A stretch of 64,000 nucleotides of DNA, from positions 2,772,324 to 2,836,323 of the forward strand of contig MU053559.1 of assembly GCA_013239625.1 (NCBI GenBank), given 5' to 3'. The position numbers and the translations under genes are program-made. The notes under the pieces were generated by a model that searched no databases, was not told the DNA's origin, and saw only the letters and a list, made by a program, of their open reading frames with translations. The stretch's first letter is position 1; each line of letters begins with the position of its first letter. This DNA comes from Lama guanicoe (Eukaryota). Shown here in pieces: positions 51,158 to 64,000 of the stretch.

Positions 51158-54100
51158 GGTGGTGGGGGGGGAGAACTTAGCCGACCTAAACAAGAAAATA
51201 GACTGGGAGGTGTGGGGGATGGACAGAGCCTCAGGGATCCAAGAGCCAAAAACAGAAGAGCTAAGCTTCTTACCAGAGTCCCAGAAGAAGAGAAAGTGGG
51301 ACTGAAAAAGTATCCTAAGATATAATGGCTAAAAACTTCCAAAATTTAGTGAAACACATTAACCCACAGAAAGAAAAAGATGTAAGAACCTCAACTAAAA
51401 CAAAACGAAAGACATGCATACCAAAATACATCATTACTTAACTCCTGAAAACTAAAGACAAGGAAAAAACCTTGAAAGCAGCCAGAGAAAAATGATGAAT
51501 TGCTTCCAGGATTCAAATGACAGCAAATTTCTGATTTGAAACCATACAGAACAGAAGGAAATAGCACATTTTTCACATAGGAAAAGAAAAGAACTGTACC
51601 CTGTGAATTCTACATTCAGCAAAAATATCTTTCATGAATGAAGAAAAATAAAGGCAATCTCAGAAAAACTAAGAGAATTTGCTGCTAACAAAGTCACACT
51701 GAAAGAATGACTAAAAAAAGTTCTCTAAGTAGAAAGGAAAGTAGAAGGCCAGGACTTCAGGAAGGAAAAAAGAACACTGAGGTAAGCGTAATAAGTGTAA
51801 TATGAAACAATGCAGAGTTTCATAAATCATATTTGCTGGTTGCTGGTTGAAGCAAAATTTATCACACTATCTGATGCGGTGTTCAACGTTATGTAGAGAA
51901 AACACTTAGGAAAATTATATTTTAGAAGAGAGGAAAAGCACCTAAATGGAAGTAAAGGACTGCACTTCACTCGAAGCAGTAAAACATCCAAACCAGAAGA
52001 TGGTGATAAATTACATATGAATATTGCAATACTAAGGGCAACCACTAAGAATTCTATAGAAAGAGATATACTTAGAAACACTACAAATCAAGATGGAATC
52101 AAAAAAAAAAATCTAGATAACCCCTAGGGAAGTAAGAAACAAGAAAGAAATGAGAAATAAGAAACAAAATAATAATAATAAAATAGCAGACTTAAGCCCT
52201 AAGATATCAGTAATTACCTTAAGTGTGAAAAGTCTAAATATACCAATTAAAAGAGACTGGAAGAACAGACTTTTAAAAATGATCTAACAATACACTGTCT
52301 ATCATGGAAATATTAATTCTTTTAAAAAGCAAGAATGGCTACATTACTATCAGGTAAAGTGGACCACAAAGCAAGTAAAATTACTAATAATTTTAGCAGA
52401 CCAAGAGAGATATTACATAATGATACAGAGAACCCACCAGAAGACAAGAATCCTAATTATGTACATACCAAAAGACAGAGCCTTAAAGTACAAGCAGAAA
52501 CTGACAGAGATAAAAGGAAAACAGACAAATCCACAGTTAAAGTTGACGACTTGGTAACACAACTGTCTCAGCAAATGTCACAACTAATAGACAGAAAATC
52601 AGCAAGGATATAGAAGAACTGAAGAATACAATCAACCAATTGCATCTAATTGCCATGTACACAACACTCCAACAACAGAAAACACGTTCATTCCAAGCAC
52701 CCATGGATCATCTAGGTCATAAAACAGATGTCAACTAAGAGAATGAAGATTACACAAATTCCCTAATCATAATGGAATCAAGCTAAAAATCAGTAACAGA
52801 GTGAAAACAGGAAAATCTCCACATCTCCAAATACTTACTGAATAACACACTAGGAAATATCCAGTGGCTGAAAGAGGAAATTTTAAAATGCATAGTAATG
52901 AATGAAAATACAACATATAAGAATATGTGGGACATAATTAAAGTAGTGCTAAAAGGTAAATTTATAGCACCAAATTTTTACATCAGAGAAAAAGGCCTCA
53001 AATCAACAATCCAAAAGACATGAACAGAAATTTAACCAAAGAGGTTACACAGATGGAAAATAAGGACATGAAGGATATTCACCATCACTAGCCATTAGGG
53101 AAATGCATATTAAAACCACAATGAGCTATCATTACACACCTATCAGAATGCCAAAAATGAAAAAGTAATAACACCAAATGCTGGCAAGGCTGCAACAAAA
53201 CTAGAACACTGGTGGGAACTGCTGAGGGGAATGTAAGATGGTAGAGCTGCTCTGGAAAACAGTTTGGCAGTTTTTTAATAAAACTAAGCAGGCAACTATT
53301 AGCAACTGGCACTCTTGGGCATTTATCCCAGAGAAAATTTATATTCACAAAAACCCCTGTACACAAATGTTCATTGCAGCTTTATTTGCGATAACCAAAG
53401 ACTAGAAATAATTCAGACATCCTTCAATGGGTAAATGGTTAAAGAAACTGTGGCACATCAATACTATGGAATACTACTCAGCAATAAAAAGGAACAAACT
53501 ATCGATACATACGACAACTTAGATTAATCTCCAAGGAGTTCTGCTGAGTGAAAAGTGGCAATCCCAAAATGATATATACTGTATGATCCCATTTACATAA
53601 CATTCTTCAAATGACAAAATTATAGAAATGGAGAACAGATACGTGTTGGTCAGGGGTTAGAAATGGAGCAAGGGGGGTGTTGTTAATATGGCCATAAAGG
53701 ACAATAGAACAGATAACTGTCATGATAAACAGGTCCATATCTTGACTGTATCAATGTCAATATCCTGGTCATATTGTACTAGATCTATTATTACTTAAAA
53801 CTGCATGTGAATCTACGATTACCTCCAAATAAACAATTTTTTTAAAAAATCAATAGAAAAAAATTTCCATTTACAGAAATGTATTCATGATACCCAAACT
53901 GTGATGTGATTGTCCACTTCTGTAAGGACAACCAAGTCCAACAAAACAAAGCAAAAGCCAAAAAACACACATCAGATTTGTAAGGACTCCAGCTTTCCTT
54001 TTAGCTAGTCAGGACCCAGCTACCCCTTTTCATAGAATTATGACTATTTAAGAGTTGGATTATCATTACAGATAACTTAACAGTAAAAGTTATCCTTTGA

Positions 54101-54241
54101 TATCTGAATGCTATCTACAATATCCAAGCCAAGTAGTGTCAATGGGCAAACGTGAACACTTTCAATGACAGACGACCCACCTCCTATCTACCCATTTATC
54201 ATCTTTGAAAAAGTTTCTTTTAAGAGTTATAGCCTGAATCT

Positions 54242-54502
54242 GGAGAGAAGAGAAGGAGGGACAGATTAGGAATTTGGGATCAACAGATACACACTATTAT
54301 ATATACAACAAATAAACAATAAGGACCTACTATATAGCACAGGGAACTATATTCAATTTCTTGTAATGAGCTGTAATGGAAAAGAGTCTGAAAAATATGT
54401 ATATATGTATGTAAGTATATGTATAACTGAATCACTTTGCTGGACACCTGAAACTAACACTGTAAACTGACTACACTTCAATAAAAAATAAGAATTTTTT
54501 TT
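54242..54502 (+). mobile_element. Younger cetartiodactyl-type L1 3' end with about 20-bp TSD
   Basis: gaatttgggatcaacagatacacactat...gacctactatatagcacagggaactatattcaa...ctacacttcaataaaa. Flanked by aagagttatagcctgaatct / aagagttataccctgagtct. Confidence 0.9.
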
Positions 54503-54589
54503 AAGAGTTATACCCTGAGTCTAACTTACAAACTCCAAATCTATCTTTTTAACAGATAGGCTAATAATGAAAATATAATCATAGATATA

Positions 54590-54602
54590 TACAAACATAC
54601 AT

Positions 54603-54634
<32 letters not shown>
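54590..54634 (+). repeat. (CATA)n(CA)n microsatellite
   Basis: Directly visible. Confidence 0.9.
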
Positions 54635-54635
<1 letters not shown>

Positions 54636-55799
54636 GAGCAAAATTCAACAGGAAAAGTTTACATTCAATAAATCAGGAAGTGCCTCAACTAAAGTAGGCA
54701 ACAAACCCTAAAACATGGGTCTTCGGTTTTCTGATCCACTGTTCTTCCCAGTATACAGTCTCCCAATCAAACCAGCATTTTGAGCACCCAGGCTGAAGAA
54801 ACAATACTAAAGCCTGTTAACAGTCTTAATGGGGCCATGTGCTTACAGCTATTTTTCCAGTTAGAGCAATACATTTGCTAGGGATCAGTCCACATTCTCT
54901 TCCCCTAGAATCCTTATAATCAATAGAGGAGAGTTTGAGAGAATATGTGAAGTGGTCATAGAACACCACAAAACTGGATGGTATATCCATGCCATCTAAG
55001 CATAACGAATCCAATGGTTCTAAAGCTTTTTTTCTCCTCAACATAATCCTATCATTAATACCTTTACCCAAGAATAAAGTAAACTAAACTGAAAATAATG
55101 GAGTACACAGTTGGGCTTCAAAGTGATCCACACACTCCCCAAAATCGTACACAAAATGTATACAGCTACATTGACCCTCAAAGGGTTAGTGACCTCAAAA
55201 AAGTAAAGTGCCATTGTTCTAACTCCACCACCAGTCAATCTATAATGGAAATAAAAATATTCTGCTATAAGCTAATAACACACCAAGCCCTGTACTATTT
55301 TTGACTAATCAAGAACACAAGTTTACCTATTTTTCCTTTTCTATAATAAAAAGCAAGAATAAATCAAGAAGGTGAATGACTTCTGCAAATACAAGATATT
55401 AAATAGTATAAACTATGGCTACTTCTTTCAACATTCAGGGAGTAAATTAAATTAGTATTCCAGCAGCTTGACAATCAGTCACACCAATAAAACCAAAATA
55501 TAAAGGCAAAATTTGCCAATTACTCCAACTGACAGTTCACAGCATATAAAACTAAGCAACTGCTATCTTAGGAAAACACATGTGAACATATTTTCAATTA
55601 AAACTTTTGCATGTTGAAGAATTTCTTCCTTAAATACCATGTATAAAAGGAGAAATAGAACCTCAAAATCAAAATAACTTAATCACTCAAACCAATCCCC
55701 TCACCAACATCTCACTACTTGAATGACAGAGAACTCTCACACCTAAGACAATTCAATACAAAAACAATACTTTCATATGGTAAGAAGCAAAATTAACAC

Positions 55800-56030
55800 A
55801 GCATTTTCACAATTTGTATACCGTACGATCTCATTTGTGTGGGAAAAAATACAACAGAATATGCTTGTCTATGTGTTGAAATATGAAGTTACCCAGTAAA
55901 CCTTTTATCAGTGGCTGCCTGAGAACAGGAACCAAATAACTGGGAGATGACGTGGGAGGAAGATTTTCTTTTCACTGTAAAATCCTTTACGTAACTTTTC
56001 AATTTTGTACTATGTACAAGTATACCTATC
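55800..56030 (+). mobile_element. L1ME-like 3' terminal fragment
   Basis: cagtggctgcctgaga...gtgggaggaagattttcttttcactgta...ttttgtactatgtacaagtat. Confidence 0.55.
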
Positions 56031-56049
56031 CAAAAACACTGTACGAAGG

Positions 56050-56480
56050 TATTTCAAAAGTCAAAGATAGGATCATGGCTGTGATTAGAATGGTAGCAGT
56101 AAGGATGGAGAAAAACAAGCAGATTTGAAACTTAAGAGGTAGAAATGTCAAGATATGGTGATTAGCAGAACTTGATAGATTAAGAAAAAGAAAAGTTAAA
56201 AAAACTAAGGTTTCTGGCAAGGGAAGCAATAAGAGCCATTTACTAAGATAAGGGACGTCAAAAGACAACGATAAATTCAGTTTGCATATGTTCAGTTTAA
56301 GGTGTTTTCAAAAATACCCAGGTAAACTAATCGAGTAGCAGTCAAGTATATATGCAAGCAAGGAGCAGAGTGAGTAAAGAAGGATCTAGAATACAATCTC
56401 CTTGCAAAGGAAACTGAGATGTGGTCAGAGACACAGAAGGAATGCCACAGTAGCCAGATGTTAGGAAAGTCAAGGAAGGG
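56050..56480 (-). mobile_element. L2 fragment
   Basis: gtagcagtaaggatggagaaaa...aaggtttctggc...gccatttactaagataaggg...ttcagtttgcatatgtt. Confidence 0.65.
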
Positions 56481-56559
56481 CGTTTTCAAGAGATCTCAAA
56501 TCTGCCTATCTTTCCCCTCATTCTTAAATCACAGCATCATTTTTTTAAAATGTCTTTTC

Positions 56560-56800
56560 CAAGATGATAATAACATATTATCTTGTACTGAACACCTTCC
56601 ACACCAAGCCCAATGCCAGGCACTTTACATACCTTTTTCTCCTAACACAAAATGCAGTAGCCTGTCAGAAATCTATTACCCACTTCCATTTTATAGATGA
56701 GAAAACTAAGCCTCTGCAAGGTAAAATAAGTTGCCCAAAGATCATACATCTAGTAAGTGGCAGAAACAGAATTCGACTCTAAAAATCCATGCAGTGCTAT
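56560..56800 (-). mobile_element. MIR SINE
   Basis: tgccaggcactttacat...cattttatagatgagaaaactaag...ttgcccaaagatcatacatctagtaagtggcag. Confidence 0.8.
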
Positions 56801-56829
56801 CTATCCATCAATACTTCACAACTAGGTTC

Positions 56830-57445
56830 CTTTCCCCTCCATTTCATCCCTCTCACTGTAGTCAATAATAGTCCCAGAAAATCTACTTTTGGTCATGTCA
56901 CTTCCCCTGATTGCAGAGTTGAGTTCAATGACTTCCCAAAACATCCTATGGCCTTACAGTGATGGGAACCTTCAACTACCTCCTCCCAATCCTACTAAGA
57001 CACTCTACCCTTTATCCACACTAAACTATTCACAACTCCTCTAACACCAGTGATCGTCTCACCTTCAACTCTCTGCCCTCTTTTTCCTCTTGCTAAACTT
57101 CTACTCATGTTTCATAACTAAGACCAACCAAAATGTCACATCTTTGTACCACTTCTCTAACCCACTTCTCCAATCTAAACTAACTGCTCCAACATGTTGG
57201 GAATTTGTGTGTATAAACTACCCACAGTCAGAAGTTTTAAATGTTGTAATTGCTCCAGCATTTGAGAGCTCACAGCATTTTGCATATATCTTGTTTACTG
57301 TACTTAACTACATCACATGATCACTCAGTCTGTCCATCTCTCTCCACAGACTGCAGGGACAGAGGCCAGGTCTTATTTGCTGCCCCAGGACTTGGCACAG
57401 TCCCTCACTCACAGTGCTTCAGCACACGTTTCACGAATCAATCAA
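56830..57445 (+). mobile_element. L2 fragments including 3' end
   Basis: tcatgtcacttcccctg...caatgacttccc...agggacagaggccaggtcttattt...ccccaggacttggcacagt...gtgcttcag. Confidence 0.6.
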
Positions 57446-57744
57446 GCAAAGTAAAAGCTTTTCTAGTTCTCATTCTGATACCTGAAATCAAAAACCTACG
57501 TTTAATTACTGTATCCTAAAAACAAATTTCCTCTAAGTATACAAACTATCCACACAGACTTAAGCAACTAAGATTCATAAGGTTTTTAGGAAAAGTTATC
57601 TCTTCTGTCACATATTGTGTAATATTCTATTACAGAATTCTACCACAGTATTAAAATACAAACAAACTCACACATATTCAGCTAAGTATCTGTTTTCTAC
57701 TCAATTCCCAAGCAACTAATCCTTAACTTCCATACGGGAAAAAA

Positions 57745-58040
57745 AAAAATCAAGGCCCATGGATATTTGATATTAAGAAGTTATTTTATGTGTAATTAGG
57801 GCATTGTGGCTATGTTCCGGAGACCAACTGAAATATCTATGGATTAAATGATATGACTGATATCTGAGATTTCCTTCAAAATAATGGCAGCGAGGGGCAA
57901 AACACAGATGAAACAAGACTGGTTATGAGTTGAAAATTGTTGAAGCTGGGTAATGATCAGTGATGGTTGGTTGTTTTATTTTCTCTGCTTTTGAAAATAT
58001 TGGAAACTTTCTATATATAATAAACAGGTTTTTTTTAAAA
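57745..58040 (+). mobile_element. Old L1M 3'UTR fragment
   Basis: ggatatttgatattaagaa...gatatctgagatttccttcaaaataat...gatgaaacaagactgg...attgttgaagctgggtaatg. Confidence 0.65.
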
Positions 58041-61000
58041 GAAAGGAGCCAAAGAACATAATGTAATAGACCTACAGTCTGAAAACAATCCTTTATCTAA
58101 AAAGGTTTCTTCCATTGTTCTAAATTAAAATAAATTAGATGACCTTATATAATACTCTTAACTATAACAAAGCCCAATCTTCTTCCTGAGAATAAGGTTA
58201 GCAATAGCATCTTTTATTTATTCTAACACAGACAAAATACTACCACAGATGAAACTACAAAAATCAAGAACGCATTCACAACAGAATGACAAGTCTTAGC
58301 AATCTAGAGAAGAGAAAAGGCAGAATAAAAGGAAGAAATGGGTAAGAGAAAATAAAAGCTTATAGAAGATAGTGGCAAACAGCCCATAATTTTGGCTAAG
58401 AAACGTAAAACTGTCTAAATAAGGGATTATATCCACTTTTCCAGGTTATAGTTTTTAATTAGGTCCCAAATGTCAGCCCGGGCCAAATCAGACCCCAAAA
58501 TAAAGTCATCAATTAAAGAGATGGTAAAGATCAAAATGAAGAATGAGTACAACTATATCAAAGCCACCTAAATAAAATACAAAGAAATAGGACCAATAAG
58601 GTATACATCTCTACTTCATTTACTCCTATCCCCACTGAAGGACCATAAAGATCAGAAGTATCCCAACTTCACAACAAGGCCTTTACAGGTATCTCTAACT
58701 ACACATACAGTAGTATAAAATCCATGTTTTAATTCTGGTATACTATCAGTGTGCTTATTTTATTATTTTTAAAGCAATGCACGTCTATGGTTTAAAAATA
58801 AACAAACAAACAAAAAAACCCACAGCAGTATAGAAATCTAGTTTAAAACCTCCTCCTCTTCTCCTCACACTAGAGCTGTGTTGTACTCCAAGATAATCAT
58901 TACTTAACTACTTCTTGAGCATCCTTCCAAAACTTGTCAAGAGAATTTCTTAAATTGACCCATGAACACTCAACTCATTCAAGGATCCCAAGTTAGGAAC
59001 TCATGACAAAGGTAAATATTACTACAAAATGAGATCAGAGAGGGACAGAACACACAGGCAGGTGATCCTCTGAACATCTGCTAAGAACAAAATTCTGATT
59101 TCAAATCATGTCTTCCTAAACAAAATTAAAAGATTCCGTGTTAATAACTAAATCAAGAAACACCATCTCCAGGAAACACAATCAAGAAACAATTCCCATC
59201 CTGGTAATAAGAGACTGAGGCCCAATCTACAGTAGTACTTTGAAACTCAATTTACAAAGGACTCAAGAGTAAACTAATTAACTGAAAACAGGGGTCCAGA
59301 AAAGCAAGTAGTATTTTGCAGGAGCCCTCAATGTCTTGCCCACCTTCAGCACCACCCACTTAGGGAAAGAAGGTGCAAGATCATAAAAGTCCCCAGGTAT
59401 GAGGAGCTAAGAGGCAGGCCTTTGTCTTCTGGGGTCTGGTGTTCCAAGTGCATAATTTGTTGAAACGTATACCTAGATAAATGGAATATGCTGTTTGTAA
59501 ATTAAGCTAGCCCAGAAGCCACTGTGCAATTATCTCACAAATGTGAATACCCGCCATTTAACTCATGTATTATAAAAATTTAATGAAATAACTGAGTTTT
59601 AAATGTCTGACTCAGAATGTGTTACATAATACAAATTCTCATTAAATGTTTCAAGAAAAAGTAAAATAAAATACATCAGAATACGGTGAGTCTCATGCGC
59701 TTTAGTTAATTTTAACTTAGCAACTATGAGTTAACTTTTGAAGTTAATTCTAATAATCTAAAATCCAGAGGCTGTTAGTTAACTTTTGAAATTCCCAAAT
59801 CAGGAATACACAGTCCAGTAGAGTTAAATCTAAAAATGAGAAACAGGAGGAGGACAGGACAACACTCCACAAAGGCAATGCTTCTCCTGCCTTTACATTA
59901 GTCAGCCCTGAAATGTGTCGGGTAGCACAAGGGGTGTTAAAAGTAAATTCTCACCAGTGAAATGAATGATGTTCAAGTTAATGTGGCTTGGCTAGAAGGC
60001 ATCACCACCTCTGCATGAACAGAGTCTAAGAATCAGCAAATCCAGGATCTCGAAACTCTCCAGAGGGCACATATCATCTAGAAGTCCCACGCAGCTCTGC
60101 GTTCCTCTACTGACCAGGTGATTCTGGGGCTAATGCCTACTGCTGCTAACACACTGCTACATGTGCCACCTTGCCAGCAAGGTCCTTGTTGACCGCCTAC
60201 AAAGACAAAGAGCTGGGACTTTGTCAAGCTTCACAAACAGGTTCCTGTGCTTTTGCGCATGCTTGCTGAACAATGTTCTTATGAGTGACAGAAAAAAGAA
60301 AGAGCCTTTCTAACTTGTAAATTATTAAATCGATCTTTCTCATAAACTTTCAGGATACTTTACACTTTTCTCCTGCCACTGAAGTTTCTGTTAGTCGTCC
60401 TTATACTTACCTCACCCTTTTAAGGAACTGTAAGTTTTCAGTGCAGAAGTGCAGACAAGGCATATCTATGTTATCTTCATGTTCCCTGCACAGGCTTGCA
60501 CTCTGGGTACTCAAATATTTGTTGCTCTAATTCACTGTCAACAAATTTCAAGTCAATATGGGAAACTGATACACTTACATATGAAGCTTCAGTATGAGTA
60601 CATAAGACTATCATTTATGCATTCATTAAATAAACTCCACTAATTAACTAGTCTACAGAAAAATACATGTGAGCCCTAAATAACCTAACCACCATTTCAA
60701 TTCTTAGACAATCTGATGGTATTTCTGTAACATAAATTAGCTCTCAATACCACATTCCAAAAATATTAATAATGCACAGTGTTATAAGTCATTAACATCA
60801 ATTTCAAAGAGCTCAAAGCATCACAATGAATTTCCAAATAAAAATAAACTTAACCAAAAAAAGCCCTTTTCAAATCTGCAAAATGATACTGGTATTACAT
60901 AAATAAAAACTAAACGTTACATAACCACATCAGAAAAAGACTTTTTTTACTCTGTAGCTAGCCTAGCACTGAACCTTCACTTTGGTTTAAAGCGTATGGC

Positions 61001-64000
61001 CCATCATTCCACTTTACCACCTACATCACAAAAAATCATCCCTCAGCCAGTTTTTCTTAACAACCTAAAATATATAGAGGTGGCAATCGAATGTGTTCCC
61101 TAGTCACTTGAATTTGTAACTGATTCTACAGAAAGAGCTATCCAGTGGGGGGAAAAAGTCAGAACTTAAAAAGAGCACGTTTATATATTCCTGCAATTAT
61201 AATGTGCGGCCAGATACGCAAGCATTTTCTATAATCTCTTACTATAGCTTTATCACCAGGAATGTATCAAAGTTTTAGGAAATGTGCAGTAGCAGCATGA
61301 GACTTTGTCCAGGTAAATAATAACAGCTGCAATTGTTTACAACTCTCCAAACTAGAAAATAGTTTTTAAGATGCATTAAATTAAAGACCTAATTTTCAAA
61401 CACAAAGCAGGACATTATTCTGTAGTTACTTTTGTAACCCACACACTAACCTCCTTTAACACTAGAAATGAATATATCCCTCACCAGCAAATAAAACACA
61501 CACATAATATAAAATAATTTTAAACATCATCAACATCCAAATATTATAGTATAGAAAAGCTACCTCTACAAGTGACCTAGTAATTTTCCCTTACCGTCTA
61601 CATGCAAGCAAACCAAATTTGGGAAAATATATGCCTTAATGGACCTAAAACTGCTTCCATTTCCCCAAAATTTTAAATTCTAACTATTTTAATACTAATT
61701 ATCTCCGAGGAAAAGAAAGCACATACATTTTAAAGTGGTAAATAATCCATACCTACTTCTAGATACTCTACATAATCTTTCTATTGATTAGCAGAATTTC
61801 AAAAAAAAAATCCAGTAAGAATATTTAATACAAACTTTAAAATATAGTTACTTCAAAATGAACAACTATGTATTTTAGCAATAATTCCCTGACAAAGATC
61901 CCCCAACTCTGTAGCATTATATTATCACTATAAATGCAAATGTATAGTATTACTACATTCATGCTATATATTATATTACATTAAACTTTAACTCAAATCT
62001 GTATCAACTGAAAATAAGATTAAAGCAAAAAGATTTTCAAAAATGTACTGAAAGTCACCAGTTAATTTCTGTTAAAATGTTTTACTTAATTACTTATCAG
62101 TAACTGCACTATAATTTTAAAAAATAAGAATCTTGAATTATTATGTCACCAAAAGATTAATGGCAGCATTACTTTGAAGAGGAAAGTGGTCAAGATCATG
62201 CGACACTTCAGGAACTGTGATTAAGCAACCACTTGCTGATTACAATCTTTTAAAGATAAAGGTATTACAACAAAATAATATATCATATTAGTAATTATTT
62301 AAAATTAAAAACTCTTAAGCATTGTGTATCAAATGGCAATCATACAACCAAAAATTCTTTCAATGACTCTAATTTATATTAATCTTACAAAAACATTCAG
62401 AGACTAAAAGAAATCAGCAGTTTGGACAAAGTATTCTCACACCTAAAAAAAAGAACATACAAGTTTCTGGACAAGTAAGAGATACTTACTATATGTTTTA
62501 AACTTTCCAAAAGCTTTTAAGAGTTAACTTTTTTAAAACCTCCTAATTTAAATTTTAAAACTTGAAAGAGGATCCAATAACATAGGAATAAGAATTTTTG
62601 AAAACAAGTAGTAACAGCTACGCTTCTATCAGAAAGAAAAAAGTTACACAAATTGCAGACTAAATTTGTTTGGAGGGGGAGGGGTGGGTAATGACAAAAA
62701 TCATAGCTAAAAAGAGAATCCTAGAGTTATTCAGTTCCAGCATCTGCCCTTAGGTAAGTACCCTTAACCTACCCAAACAAAGAAAAGCCAACTCTTGTTT
62801 TGAAGACTTTCAGAGAATAAGAATTCTGAAAACCAACACAGTTCAACATTCCACAAAAAAAACATGCTGTTTACCAGGACTGTTCAAAAGATGGATGAAA
62901 TTAAATAATTCAATACTTCCTATAGCAGGAATCCGGCTCATTCATTCTATTCAGAATCTAATTCAAACACCCGGTCCGAGGTTATATAATATCATCCAGC
63001 TTTGCATTACACATCTCACTGGTATGTTCAGGCTCACAAGGATGCAACCAAGAAGTGCATGAGGTTTCAGGCACAAGCTCCCGAGTGTTTTATTTTAATG
63101 TTAAGTCTTATGAGTCTTGACCTAAACAGGTAGGACCTCACAAGTACGGGGTCAGGAGTAATGAAGAATATTTTTCTTTAGCTCAACAAAATACTTAGCA
63201 CTTTATCAAATTACCTGGTATTTTATGAGGCCTTAATTCTTCCGCAAAACATAATGAAGCTTCGCTACTTTCTCATTTATAAGACGTTACTGTACTTGTG
63301 AAAGTAATGCACACTTTCACAAAAAATACTTGAAAATGTTCAGTCCTTTTACTATTTAAACTCAATTATGCATAATAACTACCGGGTTCAATGTTATAAT
63401 CTGAAATACAATGTTAAGCACGATCCACTGTGAATCTATCTAAATACAAGCAATCTGAGACATGGAATCAACTAGCATTTTACACATTATCCACATTAAA
63501 CATCAGATTCCATTTATTTCTTCATTACCATAACCAAAAGCAACAGATTTAGCCAAACTTTTCCAAATGTATTATCTTTGCAGTTTTACCAGCCCCCATT
63601 AGACTGGCAACAGTCACTTCAAAATAAAGTAATGCTCCTTAAATTTTATTAAGTTAAATTAAATATTTTGCTTGGCCTTTTGGAATGACAACTTTGACAG
63701 TAACCGAGCACTTTTTAATAAAATATTTTAAATACTGAGGTTGCAAAACAAAAAAACTCAAGGCTTAAGTCATTTATGCTTAAATCATTTCAGACGTAGT
63801 CACTATTCATTTTCCCGGCAATAATTTTAAGGAAGCCAATTAATACCTACACAAAGTTTAATTCAACTTTTCTCTGTCAGTCAAAGGAACTGGGCTTACT
63901 GAAAAAGATTATGGCTGTTTAGCTTTCTGGTCATTATTTGTGTCCGAAACCCCATATACTTAAGTTACTTTGAAACAAAAACAGAAGTGTAATTGCAGAT

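Larger units (their letters stand above)
49000..53850 (+). mobile_element. Old L1 (L1MC/L1MD-like) with 5'UTR, ORF1 remnant, internally deleted ORF2 and 3' end
   Basis: Relatively GC-rich 5' region (49000-50520), ORF1-like sequence (50550-51750), EN-like sequence (52180-52990), and ORF2 C-terminus/3'UTR (53010-53850). Confidence 0.75.

Noticed and set aside
45030..53850. Active or full-length LINE-1
   Set aside because: ORF1 and ORF2 remnants are short, stop-ridden and internally deleted.
60400..60420. Perfect donor GAG|gtaagt (similar isolated donors at about 11320 and 20460)
   Set aside because: No convincing partner acceptor at exon distance; such motifs are expected by chance in a long intron.

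Overview
AT-rich placental-mammal genomic DNA, not microbial. The window lies inside the X-linked H3K27 demethylase gene KDM6A (UTX), transcribed on the minus strand. It contains two small coding exons with canonical GT-AG sites: 14957-15065 (109 bp, [36 protein letters not shown]) and 4839-4888 (50 bp, ALSAYQRYYSLQSDYWK). By size and peptide these correspond to human exons 3 and 4. The rest is intron: >48.9 kb upstream of exon 3, 10,068 bp between the exons, and 4.8 kb downstream of exon 4. The introns are filled with decayed repeats: L1, L2, CR1/L3, MIR, MaLR/ERVL/ERV1 LTRs, and Tigger/Charlie DNA transposons. Three tRNA-Ala-derived SINEs, and the absence of Alu/BovB/Bov-tA/PRE/Can-SINE, suggest a camelid. 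None of the supplied ORFs is a real gene; they are TE remnants or chance frames. I found no evidence of a new biological system. The most notable structures are two short locally templated insertions (one fused to a SINE 5' end inside an apparent target-site duplication) and a cluster of strong cryptic splice sites at about 41.25-41.52 kb that could be a poison or recursive-splicing exon. Repeat family names and boundaries come from recognition by eye and are approximate.
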